Virus record (IMG/VR): IMGVR_UViG_3300030103_004079
Strand: one strand, 5' to 3'
Length of the DNA: 31,361 nt
DNA from: an uncultured virus (IMG/VR IMGVR_UViG_3300030103_004079)
Taxonomy: Duplodnaviria > Heunggongvirae > Uroviricota > Caudoviricetes
Shown here: one piece after another, positions 1-9,876 of the stretch
Numbering within the stretch: position 1 is the stretch's first letter
Layout: each line of letters starts with the position of its first letter
Notes under the pieces: generated by a model
The model's database searches: none
Told to the model about the DNA's origin: nothing
What the model saw: the letters and a program-made list of their open reading frames with translations, nothing else
Program-made: the position numbers and the translations under genes

Positions 1-526
1 CATAATGTTCTATGATGTAAAGTGCCACATCATCAACTTCTAAGTCTAGCCCAGTTAAACCCTCAGTAATGTCATCGGGCTTCATATCTTTAATTGAATA
101 TGCTTCTTTAGGTAGGGCTTTATCATCTTCTCTAATAGCATAGTGAACAAACTTAATCATAAGTTCGGGTGATTCCAATAATGCTTCTAATACATTACCT
201 TTGAATTTTTTAGCAAAAGGGTCACTGACTTCTTCCGAAGAATATCTTAGTGCTTTAATTCCTTGATATAATTTTTCGGCATTGTTTGTTATTGGGTCGG
301 AAACATCATTTGATTCTAATAAGTCCTCATCAATATAATCCTTGAGTTCATTTGAAAGAGCATCTGTCATTTCATATGCTTCTTTAATTTTATTAACCGC
401 ATTTCTCCATTTAGAACCGTATTCCTTTGGGTCGGTTCTTGCTGAAAGATAAGCAACTCTTGTTCTTTCAAAGAGTCTTAGAATATCTGTGGATATTGAC
501 TTATCCTTCTCAATAAGAAGTGGCAT
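1..526 (-). CDS. Hypothetical protein, 5' part only (runs off the window start); MPLLIEKDKSISTDILRLFERTRVAYLSART...
   Basis: Manually translated open frame from ATG at 526 to the window edge with no stop; starts just after the stop of the 533..1003 ORF. Confidence 0.8.
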   Translation of the reverse strand, partial: MPLLIEKDKSISTDILRLFERTRVAYLSARTDPKEYGSKWRNAVNKIKEAYEMTDALSNELKDYIDEDLLESNDVSDPITNNAEKLYQGIKALRYSSEEVSDPFAKKFKGNVLEALLESPELMIKFVHYAIREDDKALPKEAYSIKDMKPDDITEGLTGLDLEVDDVALYIIEHY

Positions 527-532
527 GAAACA

Positions 533-1003
533 TCACTTTTTCATAAACTTTATTTCTTTGATAGTATAGTCTTCCGAATCTCCTCTAGTAGATTCAGCAT
601 AAACAATTAAATCTATGGGGATAATAAAAGCAGGTCTGTATGATGAACTAGAAGAACTTTTTACTTTACCAAATTCTTTTTCAATCATATCCTGTAGTTC
701 CTCAACTGCTCCTGTTTTACCAACAAATTTTTCTATATTTAATTTTCTTGAACTAGATTGTTTCTTTAAACTCTCACCGGCTAAACCATACCCTTCTTTC
801 TTTTGAGTTTGATTAGTAATCTTAGAAGCATCTTGTACCTTTGGCCTCTTAATCTTCTCAACTTCGGGGTCAGTATCTATTTCCAATACTTGAGTAGGTT
901 CTATATTCATTCTCTTTTTTGCGCTTAATTCTTCCTTAGCCTTTCTTGCTTTTTCAATAGCGAGGCTAATTATTTTTTCTTGTCTTGTAACTTTTTCCGG
1001 CAT
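533..1003 (-). CDS. Hypothetical K/E-rich protein (156 aa)
   Basis: ORF track; tiles tightly with neighbours in the minus-strand operon. Confidence 0.75.
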   Translation of the reverse strand: MPEKVTRQEKIISLAIEKARKAKEELSAKKRMNIEPTQVLEIDTDPEVEKIKRPKVQDASKITNQTQKKEGYGLAGESLKKQSSSRKLNIEKFVGKTGAVEELQDMIEKEFGKVKSSSSSSYRPAFIIPIDLIVYAESTRGDSEDYTIKEIKFMKK

Positions 1004-1007
1004 AATA

Positions 1008-1301
1008 TCATCTCAGTGTAAAAAATAAGTTTTTGTTGTTAGAATGAATTTTAAGATAGCCCATGTCAGCATATAATTTATTTGCTATTTCTTCCGCTTT
1101 TTCTGGACTCATTTCTAATGCGTCAAGAGGAACAATAGCCATAGTCATATTCGGTGATTTCGCATCTCTTTCTATTTCGGGGTCTGCAATTTCTTCAAAC
1201 AATTTTTCATATTCTTTCATAGAAAGATTATCATTTTTTGGCACTTTATCTGCTCTTGGATTCTTAATCGGTGGCATTTTTAACACATCTTCCCAACTCA
1301 T
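1008..1301 (-). CDS. Hypothetical protein with MSWEDVLK N-terminal tag (97 aa)
   Basis: ORF track; shares the W-x-x-[IV]-L-K N-terminal motif. Confidence 0.8.
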   Translation of the reverse strand: MSWEDVLKMPPIKNPRADKVPKNDNLSMKEYEKLFEEIADPEIERDAKSPNMTMAIVPLDALEMSPEKAEEIANKLYADMGYLKIHSNNKNLFFTLR

Positions 1302-1302
1302 T

Positions 1303-1551
1303 TTATTGACCCCCTACCTTTTCTACCATCTTATGAATGTCTTTCCATTCCATGTTGCCTACATCTTTCAATGGAGAACCACCAATAGTTCCGTTGTTCA
1401 TTCTTGGAGTTGGACTGTCTACAACAACATAACCCGACTTCATTAGTAGGTTATCGTCATTGTAAACTGCTTTCTCTAAACTCTCTATCTTAGCACTAAG
1501 GGCTTTGATAATCTCAAGTAGTTCTTCATTAATTGTATTTTCTTCACTCAT
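1303..1551 (-). CDS. Small hypothetical protein with N-terminal coiled coil (82 aa)
   Basis: ORF track; ATGA overlap with the upstream gene. Confidence 0.8.
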   Translation of the reverse strand: MSEENTINEELLEIIKALSAKIESLEKAVYNDDNLLMKSGYVVVDSPTPRMNNGTIGGSPLKDVGNMEWKDIHKMVEKVGGQ

Positions 1552-1910
1552 CTCTTTTCCTCCTTTGATGGATATACTAAATCTCGTAGTTGTCTGTAAA
1601 GCAATTCATAGTCCTTACGAAGTTCCGTAGCCGAAGCGACTATATCTACATTCCGTTCATCCATAGACTTCATTTTCTTTGTAAGTTTTTTATCGGACTT
1701 AACTAATTTAACATCTTTTAATGCTCTAATTAATTCACCTAATTTAGTAAAGTCTTGACCAAAAAATTCTGTTGGTTGTGCGGCTTGTAGTGTTTTCTTT
1801 AGACGCTTAGTTTGTTTCTTATCTAGTGTGTCTAATATATTCTTCTTTACTTTTTCTTCTTTCTTTATGGTAAATTCTTTACCTTCTTCATAATAATCCC
1901 ATGTCATCAA
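1548..1910 (-). CDS. Hypothetical protein (120 aa)
   Basis: ORF track; 4-nt overlaps with both neighbours; GGAGGA RBS. Confidence 0.8.
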   Translation of the reverse strand: MMTWDYYEEGKEFTIKKEEKVKKNILDTLDKKQTKRLKKTLQAAQPTEFFGQDFTKLGELIRALKDVKLVKSDKKLTKKMKSMDERNVDIVASATELRKDYELLYRQLRDLVYPSKEEKR

Positions 1911-4900
1911 TCTTCCTCCTCAAATAATTCCGGTGATTCTTCTTTCAATCTTTTGAGTCTTTCTTTTTCTTTTTGGTCTGCTTCTTCTTTTTTCTCTTCT
2001 GCTTCTTGTAAAAATTGTTTGAAATTTTTGTCTTCGCTTGCTAGTTGTTCGGCAAGCGCAGGATTTTCTGAGGCTAGTCTTATTTTCTTAGTATCAACTG
2101 AATTTTTTATTTTCCTCTTGAAATCATCATATTCTTGTGATGTATCAAAGAAAGAAGCAATATCAATTTCATCGTTAATCATAGAATAAAATTCAGTAAT
2201 TATTTGTCGTTGTTCTTCAAATTCCTTTTCATCCACACCTTCTCCAAATGTTCCCTGTAACTTTTCTAGGACTTGGCTGTAATTAGTTATTTGATAGTCT
2301 ACCAAATTTGTCATTCTTTTGTCCAATTCTTTTGCTAGTTTTACTGATTCTTCATGGCGGTCTTGTAGTCTTCTTAATTCCTTTACATAATCCCTAAATT
2401 CATCAACTGCAAAGGCCGCTAATGTCATTCGACTAAAGCCTTCCTTTTTGGGGTCTAATATTTCTGCCGTTTTTTCGTCTTTTATTTGTCTTCCAATATC
2501 AAAAGCATCATATAACGAAACAAGTTCTTTCTCTCCTTGTCTTCCCTCGACCATAGGTATATATTCAAAAGTCAATTGAGACAAGTCCATAAAAGATTTA
2601 TTTTTACTAAATGCGTCTGTTAAATTATCAATTGCTTCGTTCAGTTCCTTGATGCCTTCGTTATATTTATCAATAACTCCTTTAGACCTATCTCTAACTT
2701 TATCCGTTGAAATATATTCTTCGATTGCTCTTTTTATCTGTTTTAATGCTCCCTTATACACTCTAGGTTTTCTTAATGGTTGCCCGCCATCGAATACCTC
2801 TAGTATAATATCGAAACTAGGGAATAGTTTACTTACAATGCTGAATATTTCCGAACCTGCTAATGGAATAATATCCTTTGTTAAGGAAGTAGGTAAACTT
2901 ATATCCATTCTTAACTTATCTAATGTTTCTTTAGTAGACATGTCTTTAAGAGCATTGGTAACAGTTACTTCTTTAGGCTCTTTTGAATAAGCCCCGCCTT
3001 TGAAATCTCTAACAGCAAGTTTATCCATAAATTTTAATTCTTCTTTTATGGTTGTCAATTTCTTTACAGTATTAGCATCAACAAGCACTTGTTCAAACCT
3101 TTTAGTATAGGCTTGTGCTATTTTTGCTATTCTTTTCTTATCTTTTCCTGCATAAATAGATTCTCTTTCACCTTCTAACTGCCCTATCATATTTTTGAAA
3201 CTCTCAAACATTTCAGTAAAGTCATCTAAAGCATCGAAAAGTTCCTCACCTTCATCTGCTGATTTTATATTTTCTTCTAAAAATTTAGTTATTGATTCTC
3301 TATTCTTTTTCCCCCTATTAAGGTTAATGCTTAAGTCTTCTTTTTGTTTCTTTAAGTCTTTTAGCAATTGCCCTATTTCACTTCTCAAATCATTTATGAA
3401 TTTTTCTACTTCTTTATCTCCTTTAGGAAGAGTTCTTCTAGCCTCCCTAATCAAATCCATTTTTTCTTTGATTTGTTTTTCAGTAAGGTTTATTGTTTTG
3501 AATCGTTTTCTTTTTGCTAAATTTTTGCTAAAGTTTAATTCTTGTTCTAAACTTTCTGCCCTGTCTATATATCTATCCCAAACCGATTCTAATACTTCGG
3601 GCGTTGTTAGTTTCTCATTATCTTTTGATTCTATTGACGGAAAGTAGGAAACATATTTTGGTTTCTCTATTTCCTTGTTGTACTTCAAACCCTTTCCATC
3701 TAAAGTTATTTTTTTCACCATCGGCGTAACAGTTTTTGCTCGAACCTTCAAGTCTCCTTCTGTGTCTTTTTCATCATTCACAACTATGCTGTCATCTACC
3801 ATAAATACTCCACGAATTATTCTCATCTTAGCAAGTCTTTCTAATACTTTGAATAGTCCTGTAGATGCTTCTTCTTCTGCCTTTATGTATTTATTTACAA
3901 CAGTCTTTGGTATTCCTATACCTGCAATCGTCATCTTTCTGCGTCTATCTGTTATCTTTTTGAATCTCTTTTCTTTGATACTTCTCAACTTCTTTCTTTT
4001 CTTTTTAGTTTCAGTATCTATACCTTGAACACTACTTCCTGTAAGTTCCTCAAATGTATCTACAACAGCATTCATTACTTCACTATCTTTCAAAATACTA
4101 CTAAGACCATCTATTACTGCTTTTAGTGTATTAACTCCGGCTTCTCCATCAGCGAGTGGAAATGGCCTAACATCCCACACCCACTTTCCTTTTACTTTCT
4201 TAGCATCAAAATATCTAAACATATCTGTTTCTTCTTGTTTTCTAAGTTTCTTATTTTGTTCTCTAGCAAACCTTTGATATGCCTCTTCTTGAACTTGTTT
4301 TCTTGGTTTTTCTTTTGGAACATCACTCTTTTTTGGTTTCATTTTGTTTAAAACAATATTTATTCCATCCATAATAAATTGAGGATTATCATAATTTGTA
4401 TCTTTAAACATAGTTCTTAATTTATTAGAAGCGGCTGTTTTACCATCTTTATCTAAGTTTTCCTTTACTTCTTTAAAATTCTTTAATAAGAAATTAAAAA
4501 ATGTAGGCGTATTTTCATTAACTTCTTGTTCTTTCCTTTTGTCAGCAAACAGTTTGTTGTCTACTACTTCTTTTCTGTTTGCTAGCATGTCTAAGAATTC
4601 TTGAATTTTCTTTCCTTTTTCGGGATTTTCTTTCTTTGTTTTGTTAAGAGCATTAACTAATTGATTATATATTTTAATATAGGTGTCTTTTATTTTTCCA
4701 TATCCTAAAGTGCCTTTCATTCCTTTCGGATTTCCTTTACCCGTCGCTAATCTATCTAGTTGCGTCTTTATCTGTTTATCACTCAACCTTTTTCCTTTGC
4801 GCTGTAGTCTAATTGTTCTTTTAGACATTGTATCTAATACTCTTTTAACTTCGGGGTTATCTTTGAGTGTTTCTAATTCTGCTACGGTATCTTTACCGCT

Positions 4901-5545
4901 ATAAATTCCTAACAATCTCTTTGGACTTATCGCCTCAAAGTCGTCTGTTTCCGATGGAGTTGGTTTAAAGAAAGGTTTGCCGCTTTCACTTTCACGACGC
5001 TTTACTTCTTTTATCCTTTCTTTTAGTTCTTTAGCCTCCATAATTTGCTTCAGTCGCTTGCCTTCATTATCTGCAATCCAATCGAGTATTTCTTCTTGAT
5101 ATTTTTCCTCTAATTCCGCAAGGGCTTCTTGTAATTCTTTGTCTTTACGAGATGAACTGACTCTTTTAAAATCTAAATTTACAGGAAGTTTGTTAAATTT
5201 TGCACTTCTTTCTCTAGCCTCTCTAAGTAATGTAAGTCTTTCTTTATCACCAACTAAATCTAAAAGTCTTTTCATGGCTAGTTTAGTCTTGTCGTATCTT
5301 TCTGTTGCTCTCGATAACTTACCAGTTGGTGGTCTTTCCCCTCTTTTGTAGTCTAAGTCCGGTAATGCTCCTAGTTCTATTAATTTTTTTTCTGCCTTAT
5401 CTTTTACATCGTTGGCTAATTTATCTTTAGGCATATCTTTTTCTGCAACTTTTAGAATAGAATTATCTTGTAACTCTTCTATCAAACACTTCAAAAGAAA
5501 ATGAAGGTCATCTTCTCTATTATGTAAGATAGCCTTCATAAACAT
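1907..5545 (-). CDS. Large K/E-rich, predicted helical/coiled-coil protein (1212 aa), possible internal virion protein
   Basis: Long ORF with GAGGCGA RBS, two genes downstream of the portal; no catalytic motif recognised, so function is inference. Confidence 0.8.
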   Translation of the reverse strand: MFMKAILHNREDDLHFLLKCLIEELQDNSILKVAEKDMPKDKLANDVKDKAEKKLIELGALPDLDYKRGERPPTGKLSRATERYDKTKLAMKRLLDLVGDKERLTLLREARERSAKFNKLPVNLDFKRVSSSRKDKELQEALAELEEKYQEEILDWIADNEGKRLKQIMEAKELKERIKEVKRRESESGKPFFKPTPSETDDFEAISPKRLLGIYSGKDTVAELETLKDNPEVKRVLDTMSKRTIRLQRKGKRLSDKQIKTQLDRLATGKGNPKGMKGTLGYGKIKDTYIKIYNQLVNALNKTKKENPEKGKKIQEFLDMLANRKEVVDNKLFADKRKEQEVNENTPTFFNFLLKNFKEVKENLDKDGKTAASNKLRTMFKDTNYDNPQFIMDGINIVLNKMKPKKSDVPKEKPRKQVQEEAYQRFAREQNKKLRKQEETDMFRYFDAKKVKGKWVWDVRPFPLADGEAGVNTLKAVIDGLSSILKDSEVMNAVVDTFEELTGSSVQGIDTETKKKRKKLRSIKEKRFKKITDRRRKMTIAGIGIPKTVVNKYIKAEEEASTGLFKVLERLAKMRIIRGVFMVDDSIVVNDEKDTEGDLKVRAKTVTPMVKKITLDGKGLKYNKEIEKPKYVSYFPSIESKDNEKLTTPEVLESVWDRYIDRAESLEQELNFSKNLAKRKRFKTINLTEKQIKEKMDLIREARRTLPKGDKEVEKFINDLRSEIGQLLKDLKKQKEDLSINLNRGKKNRESITKFLEENIKSADEGEELFDALDDFTEMFESFKNMIGQLEGERESIYAGKDKKRIAKIAQAYTKRFEQVLVDANTVKKLTTIKEELKFMDKLAVRDFKGGAYSKEPKEVTVTNALKDMSTKETLDKLRMDISLPTSLTKDIIPLAGSEIFSIVSKLFPSFDIILEVFDGGQPLRKPRVYKGALKQIKRAIEEYISTDKVRDRSKGVIDKYNEGIKELNEAIDNLTDAFSKNKSFMDLSQLTFEYIPMVEGRQGEKELVSLYDAFDIGRQIKDEKTAEILDPKKEGFSRMTLAAFAVDEFRDYVKELRRLQDRHEESVKLAKELDKRMTNLVDYQITNYSQVLEKLQGTFGEGVDEKEFEEQRQIITEFYSMINDEIDIASFFDTSQEYDDFKRKIKNSVDTKKIRLASENPALAEQLASEDKNFKQFLQEAEEKKEEADQKEKERLKRLKEESPELFEEED

Positions 5546-5554
5546 ATTATCGCC

Positions 5555-5782
5555 TCAAAATGGAATATTTTCTTTCTTACCCCTACGCTTTTGTGGGGGT
5601 AAGATAACATCGGGAACATCATTAGATGCTCTTATTGCTTTATGAGTTGTGTCCGGTGGTAGTCCACCAACAGAAAAATCACGATTCTTTGTAACCTTTC
5701 TAGTTTCATTTGCATTCTGTGTCTTTACTTTCGCTAATTCTTTCTTTAGTCTAATCTCTTTCTGTCTATTATCTTCTGTCAT
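5555..5782 (-). CDS. Small basic hypothetical protein (75 aa)
   Basis: TAATG-coupled to the portal stop; GAGGAGG RBS. Confidence 0.75.
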   Translation of the reverse strand: MTEDNRQKEIRLKKELAKVKTQNANETRKVTKNRDFSVGGLPPDTTHKAIRASNDVPDVILPPQKRRGKKENIPF

Positions 5783-7428
5783 TAACCTGTCCTCCTCTCA
5801 CTTCTTCTATCTACATTTTGATTACCTGCGTCTTCCGGTAATCCGCTTAATCTTTTATCCGGCCCTGTACTCATAGAAGGTTTATTTCTAGTAGCGGGTG
5901 GGTTTTCTTGTGGCTTACTACCGCCACTTTCTGCAAACATTCTTGTTTGTTCATCTAAGTCTCTTTGGTCTAAATTAGAACCTGCTAGTGGGTCTTTTTC
6001 TATGGGTTTTCCATCTTCTCCCATCTTCTGCCCCTCTTCTTGTGGTTCGGGTTTTTTGTAAGTAAAGTTACCGTCTTCATCCATATCAACTTCAAATCCT
6101 AGATTCTTAATAGAACCTGCAATACCGACTTCTAATTCTTTCTTTCTTAGCCCTGCTATTTCATCTTCTTCTTCACTTGGAGGAAGTTTCAATACCCAAT
6201 CAGTGATTCCAAATTGCTTTACAAGATAAGGAAATACATAACTATTGTAAACATTCTGTGCCATTTGAACTGCTCTATTAGTTACAAGAATCTGCATACC
6301 TTCATTGTTAAGTCCACCGCTTGTAGTGTTATCAGCCATGAAGACCTTACTTACTCCATAAAATGCCGATATTCTATCTCTTAAATCATCCTTAACAGAA
6401 ATATAATCCATTTCTTTTAGGCTATCCATAAACTTAATCCACTCAACAGCACCCTTACCACCTTCTGCTTCTATACCCATGACAGGAATAAAGTGTGGGT
6501 CTGCCTCCATCTTTTCTTTTACTCCTCTCCAAAAGGCTCTCATTGAATCCATGTTTCTAGTTTGAACGGCCAGTAATCCTCTTGGCATTCTGCTCTTAGT
6601 ATAGGCTGAATTGACATAGTTTTCCATAGCAATTAAAGTCATAATGTGATTATACAATGTAATCACAGGAGAAAAACCATAGAGTCTTGAAGGACTATAT
6701 TTACTGAAATGTAATACTTCCCCTTTAATGAAATACTGTTCATCGCCCTTTGCTCTATTAACATAGTGTATAGGCTTCAAAGGAGAACCACAAGTTTCGC
6801 AAGTATCGTGCGGTTCTGTTGAAATAACATCTCTATGGTGAACACAAGTAAATCCTTTGTTACCTTTTACGCCATCTTCATCAGCATAGATAAACATAGT
6901 AACAGGGTCGCCACGATACACTTCCTTGACACGGTGCATTCTAATTTTACCATTACCGTCTAAGAAATATTCCTTAACCATAACTATGTATGCGTCATCC
7001 ATAATATTCAAATCATCCTCTAGTTCTTTTAAGACATCAATAAACAATTGCTCGGATGAATTTACATATCCCTCTAAAAACTTTTCAGCATATTCTAATT
7101 GTTTAACATCGGGTATTTTTAAATCAGTAGAGCCACATCTTGAACATTCTTGAACAGGTCTTGTGTGGGTTTTTCCGCAATTATTACACTTTGCTTCAAA
7201 TGCTTTTTCCCAAACATAGCCTCTCCTGTAGACTTCCTGTTTCAATTGAGTTATACAAGTTCTAACAATAACTGATTGTTGAACCATAGAATAGATGATG
7301 GGGGCAGTCATCATGTAGTTATTTTGCCTTTCTTGAATACCCATGTTGTAAATATTCCTATCGGCAGGTTTTGGTGTAGTACGCCTGAAAAGATTTGTGA
7401 AAGAGAACCGTCTTCGTTTTTCTGCCAT
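5782..7428 (-). CDS. Portal protein with Cys/His Zn-ribbon-like insertions (548 aa)
   Basis: Portal-like segments 'GEVLHFSKYSPSRLYGFSPVITL', 'MPRGLL', 'RDRISAFYGVSKVFM'; CNNC..CSRC and CVHH..CETC insertions; same strand and module as the terminase. Confidence 0.85.
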   Translation of the reverse strand: MAEKRRRFSFTNLFRRTTPKPADRNIYNMGIQERQNNYMMTAPIIYSMVQQSVIVRTCITQLKQEVYRRGYVWEKAFEAKCNNCGKTHTRPVQECSRCGSTDLKIPDVKQLEYAEKFLEGYVNSSEQLFIDVLKELEDDLNIMDDAYIVMVKEYFLDGNGKIRMHRVKEVYRGDPVTMFIYADEDGVKGNKGFTCVHHRDVISTEPHDTCETCGSPLKPIHYVNRAKGDEQYFIKGEVLHFSKYSPSRLYGFSPVITLYNHIMTLIAMENYVNSAYTKSRMPRGLLAVQTRNMDSMRAFWRGVKEKMEADPHFIPVMGIEAEGGKGAVEWIKFMDSLKEMDYISVKDDLRDRISAFYGVSKVFMADNTTSGGLNNEGMQILVTNRAVQMAQNVYNSYVFPYLVKQFGITDWVLKLPPSEEEDEIAGLRKKELEVGIAGSIKNLGFEVDMDEDGNFTYKKPEPQEEGQKMGEDGKPIEKDPLAGSNLDQRDLDEQTRMFAESGGSKPQENPPATRNKPSMSTGPDKRLSGLPEDAGNQNVDRRSERRTG

Positions 7429-7465
7429 AACAACTACCCCCGTTTACTTTGGACTATTCTATCTA

Positions 7466-7705
7466 TTATAGAATCTTCGCAAAGGCTTTCCTCAAAACCC
7501 TACGCCAACCGCCGCTAATGCTTTTCTTTCTTTTGGGTTTTTTGTCATATTCTTTTGTGCTTTTATTAGCATATAAAGCGGCCATATATTTCTTTGCTTT
7601 TGACTTAGACATGCCCTGTTTATTTTTTCTTTCGTTGGTGTTAGTATTAACAACATAGTAGCCGTTTTTTCCGACTCTTAGTTCATAAGGCAAGGCATTC
7701 ACCAC
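7466..7705 (-). CDS. Small basic hypothetical protein (79 aa)
   Basis: ORF track; 'AKKYMAALYAN' segment; C-terminal GWRRVLRK resembles the W-tag. Confidence 0.65.
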   Translation of the reverse strand: MVNALPYELRVGKNGYYVVNTNTNERKNKQGMSKSKAKKYMAALYANKSTKEYDKKPKRKKSISGGWRRVLRKAFAKIL

Positions 7706-8202
7706 TTGACTTTATTAGCCCAATAAGCGGCACTGGTTTTTCCTCTCTTTATATTCTTTCTGTGCCGACTCTTGAATGACTTGCGCTTTGCCTTCATTCT
7801 TTTGCTCTCACCTTTCTTCGGCTTACCTGCTACACTAGCCCCTTGTTCTCCAAAGCGAATAGTTTTTGTTTTCTTACCGTCTTTAACTACAACAACATGA
7901 GATTTCTTAGGGTGCTTTGGTGTTCTTTTTGGTTTGCTAAAACCACTAACCCCTGCTCTCTTCAAGGCAGGATGTCTTTTTTTTGTTTTAAGAACTTCTT
8001 GCCATTTTGTAACTACTCTTGTAGTTACAGGTTTCATATCTCCTCGCATTTCATTTCTGCGCCTAAGTTTCTTTTTTTCATCTAAAAATCCGAGTATTAT
8101 TTCTTCATCACTCTTGTTAGGGTTTTGTTGTTTTATCTGTTGTATTTTACCCTGTTCTTCACTAGATAATCGGCTATAAATACTTTGTAATAATGGACTC
8201 AT
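7699..8202 (-). CDS. Basic hypothetical protein with C-terminal 'TIRFG..SFKSRH..SAAYWA' domain (167 aa)
   Basis: ORF track; domain resembles uncharacterised proteins I recall from aquatic viruses (unverified); internal KWQEVLK precedes the domain. Confidence 0.75.
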   Translation of the reverse strand: MSPLLQSIYSRLSSEEQGKIQQIKQQNPNKSDEEIILGFLDEKKKLRRRNEMRGDMKPVTTRVVTKWQEVLKTKKRHPALKRAGVSGFSKPKRTPKHPKKSHVVVVKDGKKTKTIRFGEQGASVAGKPKKGESKRMKAKRKSFKSRHRKNIKRGKTSAAYWANKVKW

Positions 8203-8600
8203 TATTTACCCCTCATTTGATTTTCTTTAGATGTTTTATCATCATCAATTGGGCCACCTTTAGCCCAAGTATAGCAAGTTCTTGCTGAATGACATTTGAA
8301 ATGATGCATCCAACAATATCCTAAACGCCCATCATCATCAGTAGTTAGTGGCATACATTCATCCATTCTTGGTGATATGTCGAAAGCAACACAATTACTA
8401 CAATTAGATTTCTTTGCTACATCAGCAGTAGTCTTCCATCTCTTAGCATATTCTTCCCAATATTTTTTGTCGTTGAGATTAAGTGGGCCATATCTAATAT
8501 TAGGATTTTTAACTGCGGCATCTCTATTTTTAGTATTGAGCATTAAGTCTTGTGTTGCTCTAGGACACTCAAGTTGTTTAAGAATAATATGCCATGTCAT
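8202..8600 (-). CDS. Cys/His-rich hypothetical protein, start revised to MTWHIILK
   Basis: ATG at 8600 avoids overlap with the upstream gene and gives the W-tag; CSNC, GYCWMHHFKC and RTC motifs suggest metal binding. Confidence 0.8.
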   Translation of the reverse strand: MTWHIILKQLECPRATQDLMLNTKNRDAAVKNPNIRYGPLNLNDKKYWEEYAKRWKTTADVAKKSNCSNCVAFDISPRMDECMPLTTDDDGRLGYCWMHHFKCHSARTCYTWAKGGPIDDDKTSKENQMRGK

Positions 8601-8604
8601 AAAA

Positions 8605-8985
8605 TCATCTCGGACTGTGTGTATAAATGTCTCCATCTTTGTGCATGAATATAACTTTCTTTCTTTTCATAGCATCAAGAATTCTTTTTAATTCTTTAGG
8701 AGGGGCTATTGCTTTTAGGTTTTTCATACCTAATGCTCCACCTTCTTTTTTAATTTCAGCGAGTATTTCTTTTTCTATTTGAGCATCAGTTTTCATGGCT
8801 TTCTTTTCCTCTCTAAGTTTATCAAAATCTGCTTCTGTTATTTCTCCTTTTGGTTCGGCCACATCTATTCTATGTTGATTACCAGTAAGGGCTTTCTTTG
8901 TTTTTTCTCTACACTTAGCACAGCCACAGTCCATCTTTTCATTACTACCACCGCAATGTGATTTTAATATTTTTTTCCAACTCAT
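8605..8985 (-). CDS. Hypothetical protein with MSWKKILK tag and CGCAKC motif (126 aa)
   Basis: ORF track; ATGA overlap. Confidence 0.75.
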   Translation of the reverse strand: MSWKKILKSHCGGSNEKMDCGCAKCREKTKKALTGNQHRIDVAEPKGEITEADFDKLREEKKAMKTDAQIEKEILAEIKKEGGALGMKNLKAIAPPKELKRILDAMKRKKVIFMHKDGDIYTHSPR

Positions 8986-9332
8986 CTTGTAAATCCCCTG
9001 CCTCTACTTCTCTTTAGTTTTTTCTTTGCTTTAGTCTTTTTCTTTTGTTCATTAATGAAAGTCCTATAAATACCTGCTTCGGAAGTTTTGCCCATTTCTC
9101 TTGCTCTTTGTTCCATAGCAATAGCCGCCTGTGTTTTATGAGCATGGCTTCTGTTACTTCTTTTTATCTTTGCTACCGAGCGTTTAGCCGTTTTTACATC
9201 TTTAAATCCTAAACCCTGTATTGTTCCTTTAGGGTTTTCATCTGTGTATAAATCTGAATGTTTTTTTGAGTTAGCGGGCTGACCTTTTTTTCTAGGTATT
9301 CTTGGTGCTTTTAGAATATCTTGCCACATCAT
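8982..9332 (-). CDS. Basic hypothetical protein with MWQDILK tag and 'KHSDLYTDENPKGTI..AMEQRA' domain (116 aa)
   Basis: ORF track; 4-nt overlaps; domain recalled from aquatic viruses (unverified). Confidence 0.8.
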   Translation of the reverse strand: MMWQDILKAPRIPRKKGQPANSKKHSDLYTDENPKGTIQGLGFKDVKTAKRSVAKIKRSNRSHAHKTQAAIAMEQRAREMGKTSEAGIYRTFINEQKKKTKAKKKLKRSRGRGFTR

Positions 9333-9649
9333 GCCCCCTTCCTCCTTTTGTAAGTTTTACAAGCGGCACAAGTTGGTCTACATCTTTGTTTAGTTCCTTT
9401 GGAAGCATCCGGTCTTCCACAAGGTTTTGTTCCTTTTTTATCATCTTCACATGATTGACAAGAAACCCAACCTTTTGCTTTACCACTACCACCTCTTCTT
9501 TGAAACCATCCATGAAGACCGGACTCTTTTTCTCTCTTGAAATTGTCTCCGCCCTTTCTTCTTTGTTTCTTCTTATATCTTTTAGCACCGCTTCTTCTTC
9601 GAGCCTTGCTCTTTTTTTGAAGAATGTCCTGCCATGCCATGTTAATCAC
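9329..9649 (-). CDS. Basic Cys-rich hypothetical protein; likely start MAWQDILQK at 9640
   Basis: ORF track; CQSC, PCGR, RCRPTCAAC motifs; W-tag. Confidence 0.75.
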   Translation of the reverse strand: MINMAWQDILQKKSKARRRSGAKRYKKKQRRKGGDNFKREKESGLHGWFQRRGGSGKAKGWVSCQSCEDDKKGTKPCGRPDASKGTKQRCRPTCAACKTYKRRKGA

Positions 9650-9876
9650 TTCTTAGATTTGTTGCCCCAATTATCCGCACCAACTTTACGACATCTAACT
9701 AAAGCACCACTAGCGTAAGCGGAAGGCCACTTATCATATCTGCTACGAACTTTGTAATAACAAGCATCTTGTTTTTTATCGGACTTACGATTTCTGCGGC
9801 CTTTTTTCTTAGCCCGTTTAGAACTCTTTTTTCTTCGAGACTTACTCTTTTTTTGAAGAATATCTTGCCAACTCAT
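9646..9876 (-). CDS. Basic hypothetical protein with MSWQDILQK tag and 'WPSAYASGALVRCRK' domain (76 aa)
   Basis: ORF track; GGTGA RBS. Confidence 0.8.
   Translation of the reverse strand: MSWQDILQKKSKSRRKKSSKRAKKKGRRNRKSDKKQDACYYKVRSRYDKWPSAYASGALVRCRKVGADNWGNKSKK

Noticed and set aside
1907..5545. Tape measure or SMC-like protein
   Set aside because: Highly charged rather than Ala/Gly-rich, located beside the portal rather than tail genes, and no Walker motifs seen.
9292..9588. Alternative-frame minus-strand ORF (98 aa)
   Set aside because: It overlaps 9329..9649, which has the W-tag, Cys motifs and proper coupling to its neighbours.
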